A stretch of DNA of 60,978 nt, filler included, from Sphacelaria rigidula (lineage: Eukaryota), in the NCBI GenBank assembly GCA_964200075.2. It is 8 parts of 8 records of this genome, joined end to end, with 100 filler letters (N's around TTAATTAATTAA, not from the genome) between each part and the next. Parts side by side here need not be neighbours in the genome. Positions count along the whole stretch, not along the records: positions 22,907 to 30,441 come from CAXNAA020014458.1; positions 30,542 to 38,076 come from CAXNAA020014459.1; 6 more parts are not named here. One strand, 5' to 3'. Position numbers and translations under genes: made by a program. The notes under the pieces are model-generated. The model was not told the origin of the DNA. It searched no databases and worked only from the letters and a program-made list of their open reading frames with translations. Positions 24,223-38,076 of this stretch are shown here, piece by piece; the first letter of the stretch is position 1; each line of letters opens with the position of its first letter.

Positions 24223-27200
24223 CATTGCGCATTTGAACAAGTGAATCACGAGGCTCATTTAGCTGTTGAGTAGACTACAGTACCGACACTTCGCTCCGGG
24301 GTTGTTACCCCTGAATCCAACGCTGCTCTCGGACCTGGACGGTGCTGCCATGTGACAAGCAGAGTTTGTTGTGCTTATTCTTGCCGAAATTGTGTACGTC
24401 GGTCTTTCAGGTGCGTACCCCTGCGTATCTTTTGCTCGCCGAGAGACCGGCCAAGAATGAAGATTGGGAGCAAATGAACCCTGATATGATTTTTTGTGGG
24501 TTTGAAGGCTTCATAGTCCGTCGTTCAGTTCGAGACACCAGCTATCCAGAAAATAGACTATCTCCATGGACACCTCGTTTGGTATTTGTGCCGTTTTTTC
24601 GTTTTTGTTTTTGTTTTTGTGACTGTGCTCTTTCGATTGCGGAGCTGCATGAAAATTAAAATGGATTCCAGTTGACGTTCACCTCGAGATACCCAGGGTT
24701 TGGCTGTGCAGTAGTCGAGAAACTTTTTCATTACCACGAGCATGACTTGCCTCCTTCAGGAAATAAAACAAAGAGAACATTGTATCGTCGTCGCCCAGCT
24801 CTGATAGGTGGTTCATTGACGGCTACATTTTACTTTACCGAACTATCTGTGTCTGCATCTCAGCGATTACCTGGGCATCTGCCGCTTGCTCAGCCGATGA
24901 TGTGGAGCCCGAGAGCGCTCGCCTGACCCTTTCGCGGAGAGTGCTCAGGAGTGATCCTCTCTTGGTCTTTCCACGCGAAACAGGTAGCGTGGGCATCGAA
25001 CCCCACGGCGATTCCACGAGCACGAAGTCAGGAGGTGACGTCAATCTAGCCTGCAGAGCAAAAGTGCGACACGTTAACGGAGGTTGGTGCTTGTTGTGCA
25101 TTGCAGTATGATGGAGCATTTCATTTGAACATTGAGCGGACAGAGCAAGACTGGGAGCAGTAATGCACCAAAAGAGCAAAAGCTCTCCGTGGGAACAAAC
25201 ATAAAATAATAACAATATATATATATATATATATATATAAGGAGCCTATGTTCGCTTTTTTGCGGCGTTTTCCGCGGAGAGAAACGGCCAGAGGCCACCT
25301 CGGAATGACGTTCTCTACTGGTCAAGAGGCGCTAGAACGCTTCAACGATTTTGTTGCGAGCAGTTCGACTTCGGGGGCTGAAGCCACAATGCGTGCAAAC
25401 CTGCGAGGATCATGCAATAAACTGGCGGACCCCAACGGCTCCCGTGTCGTCCAGTACAGAATTCGGCGAAGGCCGCTGCCTGAGGCTATAGGTTTCACCC
25501 GTAATGTGAGAAGGCTTGCACAAGAAGGTGCACGCATTGACACAGCAAATATGCCAAATATGTCGATCTAGAGACATGGCACATATATGGAAAGGTGATG
25601 AACCCTCGACAGATACATGTGGTGATTTCTTCTTCTATAGAGTAGTATCTACATCACCCACTAACGCCTCTGTGGGCGTCTCTCGGCGGTTTTGTGCCGA
25701 GAAGAGAGTTGTAGAGAAGTGATGCCGCGATAGTCCCCCGAGAATAATGGTTGATTCGAGGAGGCATGATCTACATGCAAACTAAAACGACAAAAGCCGA
25801 GTACATCGAACAGCTGGCAACTCCCATGCTTGAGATCGTTTTCGCCAATGTCGCGCATATGAGGGGCTTCATGGAGTCTGAAACCAGCTACCATCCGTCG
25901 TGACGCCATTATATTCGTGACAGTTATGGGGCTGGTTTGGGAGGGGGCTATCGGGACGTCACTCATTGGAGAAAATCTTCGCCGATTATTGGTGAGGTTT
26001 TTCAGACAATTTTTTCGCGAACATGGAAACAGTTTGCTCGGAGGGGGACATGAACAGAGCGACTGCAGGGGCGCACGCAAAGATATAACACACAATCCAG
26101 CACAATCACACCTGAACCTGAGATTCCCACTGCCTCCAGCTACACATAGGCATATAGCTCGAGTCATAGCTGTTGGTCCGCTGGTTATATTGTGCTTGGC
26201 GTTTGGCCCAATCTACTTGAAATTCGATGATAAATGATCGCTTGTATCAGACGCGCGCGGGTAACACCCACAAAAACGGTCAGCGACGGCAGGATTTCTG
26301 TTGTGAAATGACACGCACACGGCCGCCCTTGATCCAGTACTGATCAATTTTTCGCCAAACAACCACTGCTTATTGTAGGCGAACAAGGGCTAGCGCTGGA
26401 GCTACTGTGTGTGTGTGTGTGTGTGTGTGTGCAGTGAGTGTCACAGGCGCTGAAAATGGAACATATCGTGTGATTATGCCCCGTACGTAGGCATTTCTAC
26501 AAGATGATATTTGGCGGGGGGTCGAGGGGGGATTCTACATTAAAGTGATTAGGCCCCAGACGTGGTCAGACTTCTGAAAATAAAGTTGGCTCGCGTCTCG
26601 AGAGCATGGTCCTGGAGTCGGAGGAAGGTCCCTTTTTCAACTAGACTTCGGTGCGAGTTTACCGCGAGTCAGAAAAATCGAACTGATGCGGTGATGGAAA
26701 AACCACCGTGACATGGCTGAGTTTTGGAGTTTCGTAGATACCGCGCTGCACCCCATAGGGGAGTTGTAGAGAAAGGTGAGCTCACAGCACCAGCTGTTCG
26801 TGTGCGTTGGGGGACTCCTGCAGCTAATAAGCGGCTTGCAGAGGCCTTCATACTACTTTCTTAGTGCTTTCATTTTGTCAACATGTACAATTTTCTGCAA
26901 GGGCAACAAATGGAGGGGCGGGGGGGCGGGGGTTGTGGTGCGAGAACTGGGATATATCTCTCCTCCTGGCACCGAAGTAAATCACGACGTAGATATTTCT
27001 CATAATGGGTTTGAAATTCAAGATGTTGGGTTTATTTATGTTCAGACTTGTGACGACGGGCGGCGGATGATGGTGGGTTGATAAATTGAGGACACAAGGA
27101 AGGGGTTCTGACTCGAAAGCCATCGTGAATAAGTCGAACGTGCGACTTCTGCGCTAGAATCAAACGACTACCATTAACCACATGTCTGGTGCGTGTGCGC

Positions 27201-30200
27201 ATCAAGTATGCGGACGTCCCTTGCATGCAACTCGCGAACTTGGGAGACCGTCAACACATCTGAAATGAAGGGAAAATCACGCAATATGGCGTATTACCCT
27301 CATATGTTTCTCCCTCTGGGACCTCCTGAGCCTTCCGGAGGGGGCCTTCGGTGTCCCTCGCGGGGGACTTGTTGCTGCCTCAGCACCGATTCGGCTGGCG
27401 GCTAGCTTTTTCATTGGTACGTACCGACAATCGTTTGGCACGCCATCAGTCCTCAACCGTACACTTAGCGGGTGTATACGGTCAAATACCGGGGTGGGCA
27501 AGGCTACGCACGCACAGCTGCACGGACAAATTCTCCGAAAGACAAAGCTGTGCCGCTGCTTCCAGCAAGGCGGTGAGCACAGCAATTTCTGCTGCATATG
27601 CCCACTGAAGGCAGGATTTGCGGATCTGACCATAAGAGAATATGATGTCTACGAACGCTTGTTTTACACGTCTACGAACGCTTGTTTTACACGTCGTTGA
27701 TACGCTGGTGGCGAGTTATGAAACAAGCCAAGTCCAACATCAGAACGCGCCAGTATCCCAGACTACTGTAGTCCTCAGATCAGTAATGCGCCCCTGCTAA
27801 TGAACCTACAGCTATCCAATAGTAGCCCACAAATCAGCAATTTGTCCCCCCTAGTGACCCTGCAGTCATAACTCCCAATCCATTCACATAACTTATGATC
27901 AGCATATCCATTGAGCAGCGACCCCGTACGCGTGGTGCTTTACACTGTCGACTCGTCTACACAAAAACAGCGGACGAGTATCGTCCGCTGACACAACATA
28001 TTCCATTATGACGCAGTAGTTTCTTCGTTACAATGCAGGAGTACAGCGTGTAACATGATACATCTTAGATACATACCTTGCAATAACTGCCACATAGAGC
28101 AGGGGGCAGTCAGACGCGTACGTACCGGCATAGTAAATCTCATGGGTAACCCAGGTTGCCTAGCAGCCGTGTCAGGGTGCCTCACTCCTGTGAAACTTAC
28201 ACCTTCGACGCTGTGCCCGTTCTTGTCCGCATTCGGCACATCAACCACCTGCTGGGACGTGAGACATTGGAAGCTGGATTTGATCGGTCGTCGATGACAA
28301 GAACTTGACGCCGATCTGTACAAAGTCCAGATCTTGGCGTCAACCAGCACCCAGCCTCGAACTGGGCGAAACCTGGTTGGTACATCTCCAACATTAGTGA
28401 CAGCTTCCAACCTAGTGCTGAACACTGAGTGTTGTGCCGAAAAAAAGAATAGTCAGATGTGTGCCGGTTTTCACATACAAGAGTCATTGTATAAATTATC
28501 AGCCGGGGCCATCCGCAAAGTAGGTGTAGTCCGCACGAGCAAGGTGCCCCAGAGGGAAGACCTACGGCCCAACACGCGGCATATCTGAAAAGCTATGTTC
28601 GAGGCTGGATCGTCGGCACAAGTCGCAGGCTGAAAAAGTGATTATGTCCCGCGTTCGGTGGTGTGCATGGTGTTGCTCGGTACGGGTGCCATGCGGACCC
28701 CATGGTACGACGATCGGTGGCGACCACGCTTCGCGTTCCAGCGCATCACCACACCTAGAGCGTGTGGAGTGTGCAATCCACCTGAAAAAGAAGCATCTCA
28801 ATTGCTTTCCAAGAAAACGAGAACGGCACGATCGTTTGCATCTACGTCTGGCGGTGCAACTGATGGCTTCGAAATTTGAAAACTCCGCCATGACCACTAT
28901 AAATTGCAGTATAATACGCTGATGTAATGCATGGTCTACAGGTAGTACCCGTACCGTGATACTGCGTAACCGCATCTGATATGCGGCATAACCAGGGCGT
29001 AACCCCATCTCATGGTTATTTGGATACTTTCCTACGGTAAAGTCTTAACTTCCAGTGCAACTTTGCTTGTGGATTTCTCGCCTGTGACTGCGAGTTTTAT
29101 TACGAAACTTTGCTCACTAGCCGGACACAACACAAACAGCGTATGCGCGAAGTATCCGCGCGATAAGGCCAGAGACTTTCTTACAACATGGCCGCAAGCG
29201 ATTTCGGGGAATGCCGTCCATGGGCCTTCAAATCGGCTATACAGCAGCTCAGACTTTGCACACTACCGGCGAATGCATATATGCACGCGCAGATACACAA
29301 ACTTAGACATGTTGAGTAGCTGGGCGGCCGATGTGGCAGCAAACTGACGTCGGTCTGTACTGCGACCCTTCCTGGATCATGACCTTCTGTAGTGTACTAA
29401 TCGGCATGCGGTCTGTAGAGCTGCGTAGTTCATGACGCACGCCCTACGCGCGCTGTAGCTGCTGCGAGGCGCTGAAACTCCGCTCGTATGCTGTGCGAAG
29501 CACAATCAACACTTCCACGTCGCTATATCTGGTGCTGTGCGCTGCAGCAGTGCGCACTAGAGGGAAAAGCGGTCAGATTCTGTCCCGAAAAATGTGTATT
29601 CCATCTTTCTTCTGGTGCAACACTGTGAATGCTGGCTCGTACTTTAGTTGGGAGTTCGGTTACTCAAACTCATGGATATATATGTATATATATGCCGGTA
29701 TCGAAAACGCAGCATTTTGAGAAAGGGTTATTGGTACCTTTCCATCCACTTGATGACAACTCCTTGTTGTGCCTAATAGACCATCTGTATCTTCGCCAGC
29801 TGCGGACGAAGCCCCTTCAGCGTCCAATGAGCTGATCATTGCACACATGTGAAGGCAGTAATCCAAGGTCGTGATATTCTCCTAACTAAACGCGGGGGTA
29901 CTCCAGCGCCTACAGTGTTGGCAATTATCTCTGCATCCAATCTTGTACTCCGCTATCTGGCAGCCCCCCCTCCCCCCCAGCCAGCCCTTCCAAGGTACAG
30001 CGTCAAGTGTCGACGGCTGCTTGTATTCCTGCTGGACGAAGTGTTGCAGTTCTTCCGCATATTTTTGCGAAAAGGTACTTGATCCCCCGCATCTTTGCGT
30101 CTGGGAATTATCACCTGCACCCGACTGCAGAAGTTCTCCATTTATTGTACTGACAACACGCTGTTGAGTGGGTCGATGAGCCCTACCTCCAGTAGCCCGA

Positions 30201-30785
30201 ATGGTCGCATATGACATCGGAACTTAGAGGGCTGGCAGTAGTCCTTTTTCTTTCCTATTTTTTCTCCCTTTTTTGATACTTTTATTTCATTTGTGTTTTA
30301 GACCCACTTTTATGGCAACGAGTCCCGATTTTTACAAATATGAGGATTTCAGCCCATCTACAGGCAATTTTCTCCCGTGGATTGATTTTTGGCACCCCAA
30401 TCCGTTGGGCAATGTTTTTCGACTAGCTGTGAGCAAACCAANNNNNNNNNNNNNNNNNNNNNNNNNNNNNNNNNNNNNNNNNNNNTTAATTAATTAANNN
30501 NNNNNNNNNNNNNNNNNNNNNNNNNNNNNNNNNNNNNNNNNGGGTTTTCCCGCGGCAGTGTTGAGAGTGTGATATTATCGTCCGGACATCTTTCTGACCA
30601 CCCGCCCGATGCTTTCGACGGAGGAAGTGGCGCAGAAAACGGTGTTCGATGGCAGGGTCCAGCAGGCGTGTGATATGTGATGGGTAAGGCCTGCCCCCTG
30701 CGGTGGACTGTTCGTTTTCCCTTTATTTCTGGGAAGCGGACACGGAGGGGATCGTGAGCACGCGATCGTGAGGGGATTCATCCCC

Positions 30786-31012
30786 AGCTCATTCAGGGCA
30801 AACATGCGTAGCTCATGTAGCTCTCATAGCTCATTCAGGGCAAACATGCGCGGCTCATGTAGCTCTCATCGCTCACCCAGCGTGAATATGCACCGATGAG
30901 CTGCGACTTGGTAGCTCATCTAGAGCAAACCTGTGTAGCTCATGTAGCTATCATAGCTCAGTAGGGAGCTACGCTAGAAAAGAGCTATTAAGAGCTCGAG
31001 CTACAGGGAGCC
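30786..31012 (+). repeat. AGCT-rich 42-bp tandem repeat (3 copies) plus AGCT motifs
   Basis: AGCTCATTCAGGGCAAACATGCGTAGCTCATGTAGCTCTCAT at ~30786 and ~30828, with a diverged copy at ~30913. Confidence 0.85.
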
Positions 31013-32426
31013 GATATATCCGACGTGTGTTACGTTCTTCTTTACAAAAGCTACAATATTTATCTGCGTCCTCCGATGACGGGGAAACATGGGGAGGGGG
31101 GGGGTATGTGAGGCCTCTCTTTGCAAGGTCATACTCTACTACTGTAGTCGCGCTCCAGACCGTACTCTACGATGGAATACAACAACAACCCACAACAGGA
31201 CCACCAACAGCTACAATCAACAGACCGCTATTGAGGCATCAGAATCCTGCACCATGACCATCCCCAGAAGACAACATAAACACTGTAGACTGGGGTAGTC
31301 TGAGCTATGTGACGTACCATTTGAACACGAAACACGTGAAACGTCGAACACGCTATCTTAGGTGTCGGGAAGCCCAGCCCCGGGCGCCACTCTGGCGCCT
31401 ACTGTAGATACTGTGGATGGGAACCATGGACAGTACATGTAGGTGATCCAGGTATCGGGTAGGCAGCTGCTTCTGCAATACAAACAACTACTGTATGAGT
31501 GACGCGCGATGTGCCTACATGATATAGCGCTTCCTATACATTGAGATCCGCGTACATCGGTATATTGCAACAGCCACGACTGCAAAGGCAACCTCCTCCT
31601 CCCTCTCCCCGCCAAGCGGGGATCGGGATAGGGGTGTTAAACACCGTCACCTACAACATTGTCAATTTTGTACATCTACGTGTCTAGTTCCACACGGAAC
31701 AGTAGGCAACTGACATGGGGCGCGATTCACGCCACAAGAACGAGACTATGTCACAAAAGGTATGGGAAGATCTGATTGTAGCAATATTATCTCACCGTCC
31801 TATCCTTTGGCCCGGGTCAGTGGACATCCTTGGCTAGCTGCTCCGTCCTCACGAGGTGCGGCGCAGAGAGCACAGGCGTAACTATCACAGATAGAAGCAG
31901 AGACTCCACTGCAGTGGATTCAGTGAGTATGGACTACCTCTGCAGTGAATGAATGTAGTAAAAATGCAGCAGAGCACTTTTGCATCCACGATAGACCTTT
32001 GCACCGTGGTGTTACGCCGTACTGCGGACGGTTTGTCCCCCGTCCCGGTTGATATTGGTCGCCGCAGCAGAGAATGACCAGAAATATGTTCTTTGCGTGA
32101 GGTGACGTTGTATAACACCACCACATGATACGATACTAAGATTATCGACTTTGTCGGGGATGGACACTGTTCCCCCCATACACAAACCTTCTACAGATCA
32201 CGAAAATATCAATCATTCCCCTCTCCCCCACCAATAAAGTAGGTAAAGGTATCGCAGAGGTGCGGTATGAGGAAAACTTGAGTTGAAAACGTTGTGTCCT
32301 GGGGGTGGTATATCCCGTCACCCGTTACATTGTACCTCGATCAATTGCTGAAAACTCAAGCTGCAGCCACCCTGCACCGGCATTAGCCGGACCTACAATC
32401 AATCCCTCACTATTTATGTACTCTGC

Positions 32427-33775
32427 ATGATGTGGCGCTGCGGGCGAATCTTTTTCGTCGCAGAGGCTGCCTGCGCTTGCTGTTGTGCAGTGAAAAGCTT
32501 GGCAGCAGCTTCGGCCATCACCATGATGGTTCACCAGCAACAACAGCTAAATCCGACCGGACTTACTGACTTCAACGAGTCACGCAGACTGCGGCCTCGG
32601 GCAGCAGCGGCAACAGCAGCTGCTGTGCCACTTTTCCAATTACACCCCGGGGTTGCTGAGATAGGTCGGGGGAGGATTTGGCGAAAAAGGAAGCAACTTC
32701 GAAAGTGTCGCAGTGCTGCTACAGATGTTGCACGGATGCGGGGCGGGCAGCCCGCAAAAGTCGCTCAACGGGTGCGCAGAGGAACATCCGTTGCTCCAGC
32801 TGTCGGTGCTCCTCGCAACAGGTGAGCCAGGTCATGGCACGCACGCCAAGTACCACCGTATACCCCGATTCTTTGTGTAACCCGGCTCTCAGCAAAGCCC
32901 ACAAAAGTCGATGTGACTGCATTGAAGACGGCTCACGTAACCAACAACAGGATCTGCATGGTGCAGTAATTCGAAGTACAACGGATCGATCGACTTAAAG
33001 CGTTCAAACTTTAAACTTCATGTCAGAATCGGGCGTTACACCTACGCACCGCCTGGTTACGCAGAAGGCATACCCTATAGAGTACGGTGCATACCACCCG
33101 CGCCCAGTGACAGATTCCTGGGATCGGCATGTATTTGCACCCGGCGTGGTGTTGAGGAGCGTGTGTTATCTTGCCCGTTATAGTACGGTAGGTATCGGCA
33201 TTGTTGCAAACATTGCTCCTGTTAATAACCTTCCTGGGGTATAATCCAGGGAGGGGGGCTACTGCGTCCCATTGAGATCAAAAAGAGAAGCGGGAATAGG
33301 AACAAGCGTCCAAAAGCGGCATGCCAATTGATCACCGACAGGTCTTTGGTTGCAGCGGCGAATCAACATGCTGCTTTTGGACGCTTGTTCCTTATCCCGC
33401 TTTTTCTTTTCTTTTCTTTTCGTGTCTCGAAAAGGCACAACCTTACAGGCACAGACAATCTACAATCGACGATACTGTTGTACCGTGGCACTGATGCTAC
33501 TGTCATTGTTGCGACTCAGGGAGTTCAGCCGTGCTGTGAAGCGAGCCCTGCGCGATGTCGTCTGACCACGCGTCCGTACCCGATAATAGCAATCGTCCGT
33601 TCATTGACGCAGATGGCTGGCTGCGCCGTGGGTATTGCGAGCTGCGGCGGCCGATAATGAAGCACCACCGTCCGAGGGTGCGGAGCTGGCCACCAGGGGC
33701 GGAGGGCAATATCGACTCATGCTAGTAGATGATGAGGAGCCACTGCTGAAAGCGGTTTCGGAGTACCTCCAACAG
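32427..33775 (+). CDS. Response regulator (receiver domain start), 5' part; exons 32427-32821 and 33613-33775; probable signal + transit peptide
   Basis: Phase-2 intron AG|GTGAGC...GACGCAG|A joins the frames. Exon 2 ends RLMLVDDEEPLLKAVSEYLQQ, the beta1-DD-alpha1 start of a receiver domain. The N-terminus is hydrophobic up to AAASA-I, then Arg/Ala-rich. Apparent GC donor CAG|GCAAGC. Confidence 0.72.
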
Positions 33776-35149
33776 GCAAGCGTGCAGTCTGCTACCTTTG
33801 TACCGTACAGTGTATAGTGACTGCTGTCTGACGACGTTCTCGATGACAGCACCTTTTTCGGAACCGTTTCAAGTTTTTTTTGGCGTTCGGTACATTCACC
33901 GGCAGATTCACACCTTCGAGACATTCGCCTTTTCCCGTATTTCATGACACTAGCATGGATGTTCCCTTGATATATGTATACACTCAGCCTGGAGCGCTCC
34001 CGTTTTGATATTTCGAGGACTTTAATTCCCACGACACTCTGCCGGGACACGGCGCTGTGGCAACAAATGCGACAAGAAAGTTATTGTTACGCCGGCTGCT
34101 GATGCTGCTGCAGGTCGGTGGTGTGCCAAGCAGCGACCCCCATGGTTGGACTTAGCGTACGATAGCTTCGAAGCCCCCATAACGTGGTATGCGGTCTCCA
34201 CGATCCACCGATTTCGGAACCATATGGCATCACACCAAGCGCAAGTGCAATATCGCAGTCGTGGTCACAGTCGACATATCGATATCTTCCGAGATATCGA
34301 AGTTAGTCTACGGCATAGTAGTGCAGTACCAATAGTGCAGTACCATGGCCTAGCTACCAATCAATCAACCCAGTTTGAGTCAACGGGGCCTCAACGTTAG
34401 AGCACCAGGCACGTGAAGCCTCGTGGGTGTTCCCGGGTTACACCATCTCCCGTACCCGAGTTTTGCGACACTGCCGACCCCATGCGAAGCAGCACATGCC
34501 CATCTCTTACTCATCAGCACGTTTCGATCGTTGTATCTGAATATTTTCCGGTCAAAGCGAAGCTGTAGGCTGGGAGAGAGGTGGGGGGGAGAACATGCAC
34601 GTAATGCTCGAACTACCGACCCGTCTATCGCTCAATCTTAATCGCGTGAATAACTAATGTTGTGTGAGTGTCACGGTCGTGGTCCATGTTGTATCGCTTG
34701 ATCAGTAGGTGTGTAAGCAGTTCTGCGAAGTGCTCCGGCGGCCAAACTGGTACATGAACCCTTTGGTGGGTGGAACGCGGGTTGTCATCCCGACGATAAA
34801 GCGTTTTACCAGGTGTCCGTCGCCCGACACGTGAAAATGGGAATTTGTGAAAAACATTTCGATGCAAATAGAGTTGAGAGCCTGTTGCGGAGAGCGCGTG
34901 GGTAGAAGTGAGGCGCGAATTAGTATGTACACGATTCGGTGGGCTGGGGCTGGCGGCCGCCGCGGGCTGAATCGGTTGCACCCGTCCTGTGAGAACAAGG
35001 TTCACAGTGTGTGCCTAGACTGATGGGCCAAGAAAAAAGCCGGGACAGGGAGAAAACTTATCATGGGAGATTACGCGAAGGGCAAGATCAGGATGGAGGA
35101 CAGAGCAAGGAGTAGAGTATGTCGCCCTATATAAGAGGTGGAGCGAGAT

Positions 35150-38076
35150 CCTGAAGTCGGGAGGTCAAAGTGGCGACCGACAACGCTAGTACATCATTGC
35201 CTCTTACGGAACAGAATGAGTGTGGCCATGTCGACGTGGTCTTGCAAAGCTACAGCTTGCGACGTCATCGGACTGCATCATTACGTTCTCTGCCGTGGAA
35301 AACTACGTCTTCTTCTGCCGGGCGGAAGGGGGTAACGGAAGGGCCAGACAACATGGGGTTGGGCTGGCGGTCGAGGAGTCAATCATCAACCAGGCTACAT
35401 GGATATACAAACCTTCTTCGGCGAGCCTCTCATATCGACAATCTTGAACTTCCGAAGAGAGTCGAACGCTGGCATGTGTGTAGCTGCTTGTCCCCCCGAA
35501 GCGCCTCGAAGTCAACGAGAGCGAGGGGCATATTGTGGACTGGTTAGGCCGCACCGTGATCCGAGTTTTTAACAGGGATCACAACTCTTTTTAGGTGAAG
35601 CTAATACTAGGATTGGGGTAAAAACAGGAGAGGAGGATGGTCAAATTGTAGGGGTATATGGGAGGAACTCTCTCTGGCTGGCAACAGAAACGGAACTGCG
35701 TTGCTACACCTTGCAGGTGAAAACGGGTTTGTCCTGGCCAATACGGTTGATTCTATCCCCAGTGGAGTCGCGGTGGGCATCTTCAACGGTATTGCGAGCT
35801 GTCCCGCAGACAAGGAGACAGAAACGTGTTGAGCACATCATTACACTGCAAGCGTGAGGCCGGCTTGTTCAAATGTCACCGTCCACCTTCAACCACACAA
35901 CGCGCCCGACTAGGACCACAACATGGTGTGCGCCACAGCAACTCCTTTGGCAGCTTTGCACCTCAACATATCTCAGCGAACCCCAATGGGTGCGAATGTG
36001 AATGTACCAACAGACGAGCAAGAACATCTGGCATCCACAGACATGAACATCCCATACAGCTCATCATGAAGCAGGCCACATCCGGAGACATCGTTGGTGA
36101 AGCGGATGCAAGCTTTGCCGACATACTCCTGAGATCCTCCGGGAAGATGATAACATATCCGACCCGACAACCTCGTGTACAGAGGCGTTTCGAGGGTGCT
36201 GCTATCCAAGTCCAGTCTGAATAGCACTGGAATGAGCGGGAGAGGGGGAGGTTGGCAATGGGCGTAGGACCGAGAGGCAGCCCCGTTTAGCACACCTCGT
36301 GAGTAGAGTGCACGAGGCTCGAAGAACTGATCCAAGCTGGTGTAGACAATTACCGGGATATGCATGCAAATGAGCTGGAGGAGTACACTGAAAGGGGGGA
36401 CATGTTGGTAAAAAGATGTCTTCAAAATCGCAGCCAACAGACCGAGTGGTTTCTGTGAGGCGGACAGCATCTTCATGGTAGAAGCAGTGCAGATTCCGGC
36501 GCAAGCGATTGACAACGGAATTATGATATTAGTAATACGCCACCTGCGGAGTTGGGGCGGGCGAGTAATATCTTGCTGCACATGTGCTTCATCGACCTGC
36601 GTAAGGCGGACGAATTCAGAGGCCGCACGCACTTGTCAGAATACATGCCCATTTGGGCATCCCCCGCCCCCCCCGGGCGATCAACATCATCCGTATATGT
36701 TTGACGATGCCATGCGAGCTCGGGTTTCCTCTGGACGATGGCGAACCATCGGAGTTGTTTGGCGTCCACCGGGGATCCAGAATAAGGATGCATTTCGACC
36801 TCGCTACTATTCTACGTCTTTGGCGCGGCATCGGTCGATGTGTGATGTTGCAGCATTTCTCGGTAGGCGCGGCCATCATCCCAGTTTTGATTTTATCTTG
36901 GTATTTCTCAACAAGGTGAGGGTTGATTTATCTTGGTTTTGCTCAAAAAGATGAGGGAGGTAATCCCCGACAAGGGACGCCGCTGGGAAGGGTGCGGCGC
37001 CCGGTGCGGGATGTGCCGTACGCGCATGACACAAGCACAGCCTCGAGGTCTCGATATGATTGATGGCTTGACGGTTGTTTCCTGCAAGGAGTTCGGAACG
37101 GTGGTCTCGTAGAACAAGACAGATGCTATGCGCCTGTGCTCAGTACCGAGGTCGCCATAGACCGCACTGCACGTCAATGCGGCAGGCTGAACGGTTGAAG
37201 CCGCCGACCGAGTATGCTTACTGTTCCGTAGAGGATGCCGTTGGCGCAGACCCGGATGTCTGTCTCCGCGGAAGTCGAGCCCCGCATCAATGCCGCGAAA
37301 CAGCGAAACGGTTGGGGGAGTGCTTTTAAGAGAGCCTATGCGTCTTGAGGGCCTGTCCCACGCGAGGGGAACGAGAGGAATGGTTCGTCCTCTGCGTGGA
37401 GGTCAAAGAGTCGGAAGCTTTGGTCACTGCCACTACTAACGTGGGCAAGTGATGCCTGGGAGTCGAGAGAGCAACAGAGCTGGTGCGAGGAGGTATGGCC
37501 GTGCGAAGACCGACGACAGTCCGACCTACGTTCCAAGCAAGAGGCCATTGCGTTGAGAGCCGGCCATGGCGGAGCTTTTATCGCTGGCGCATCGACAGTA
37601 GCAACAGCCCCGGAGGAATCCAGTATGAAAATGGGCGAGAGAGTGACCCGCTTTGCTCTATTCTAGGGGTAAAGAGGGAGGGGAAGGGGGGGGGGGAGGG
37701 GGGTACCAAGAAATTCCTCCCGCCACCGACACTGGACTTTCACCTGGCGCTTTCCCCTGTTTTTATCCTTCCCCGTCTTTCCCTTTCCATACCTTTCCTT
37801 CCCATTCCTATTATTCTGCTCTTTTAGTTCTGTCCCCCTTACCTTTCTTCTCTCAGTTCCCTCTGCTTTCTCTCCTCTTGTTTTTCATCTTTTGCCTTCC
37901 TCAAGTGTCGTTCAGCGAGTTTTTTGGTGTACAATACACGTGTATCTCGTGACCACGGCTGTATTGGCAGCGGATAAATCAACCAATGTGACAATCAACG
38001 AATCAAGTCAATGTATGTATGTATGTATGTATGTATGTATGTATGTATGTATGTATGTATGTATGTATGTATGTAT
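35150..38076 (+). mobile_element. Degenerate LINE (APE endonuclease + RT remnants, RTE-like)
   Basis: Frameshifted APE-like motifs in order: VATDNAST, DVIGL, YVFFC...QHGVGLAV, GEANTRIG, NRNGTALL...VLANT, DHNMV. EFGTVVS*NKTDAM resembles the end of RT (~37090). Pyrimidine-rich 3' UTR and CAAT/(TATG)n tail. Confidence 0.62.
38012..38076. repeat. (TATG)n microsatellite at contig end
   Basis: Direct repeat. Confidence 0.97.

Noticed and set aside
28190-28900. Minus-strand exon-like segments with a GTAAGT donor
   Set aside because: No consistent open frame or recognisable protein motif.
30786-30960. CRISPR-like array
   Set aside because: Units are contiguous without unique spacers, no cas genes are present, and the context is eukaryotic. 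The same applies to 48027-48218 and 4012-4183.
16113-33775. PP2C next to a response regulator as a signalling cluster
   Set aside because: They are on different contigs separated by two artificial linkers; the adjacency is an artefact of size sorting.
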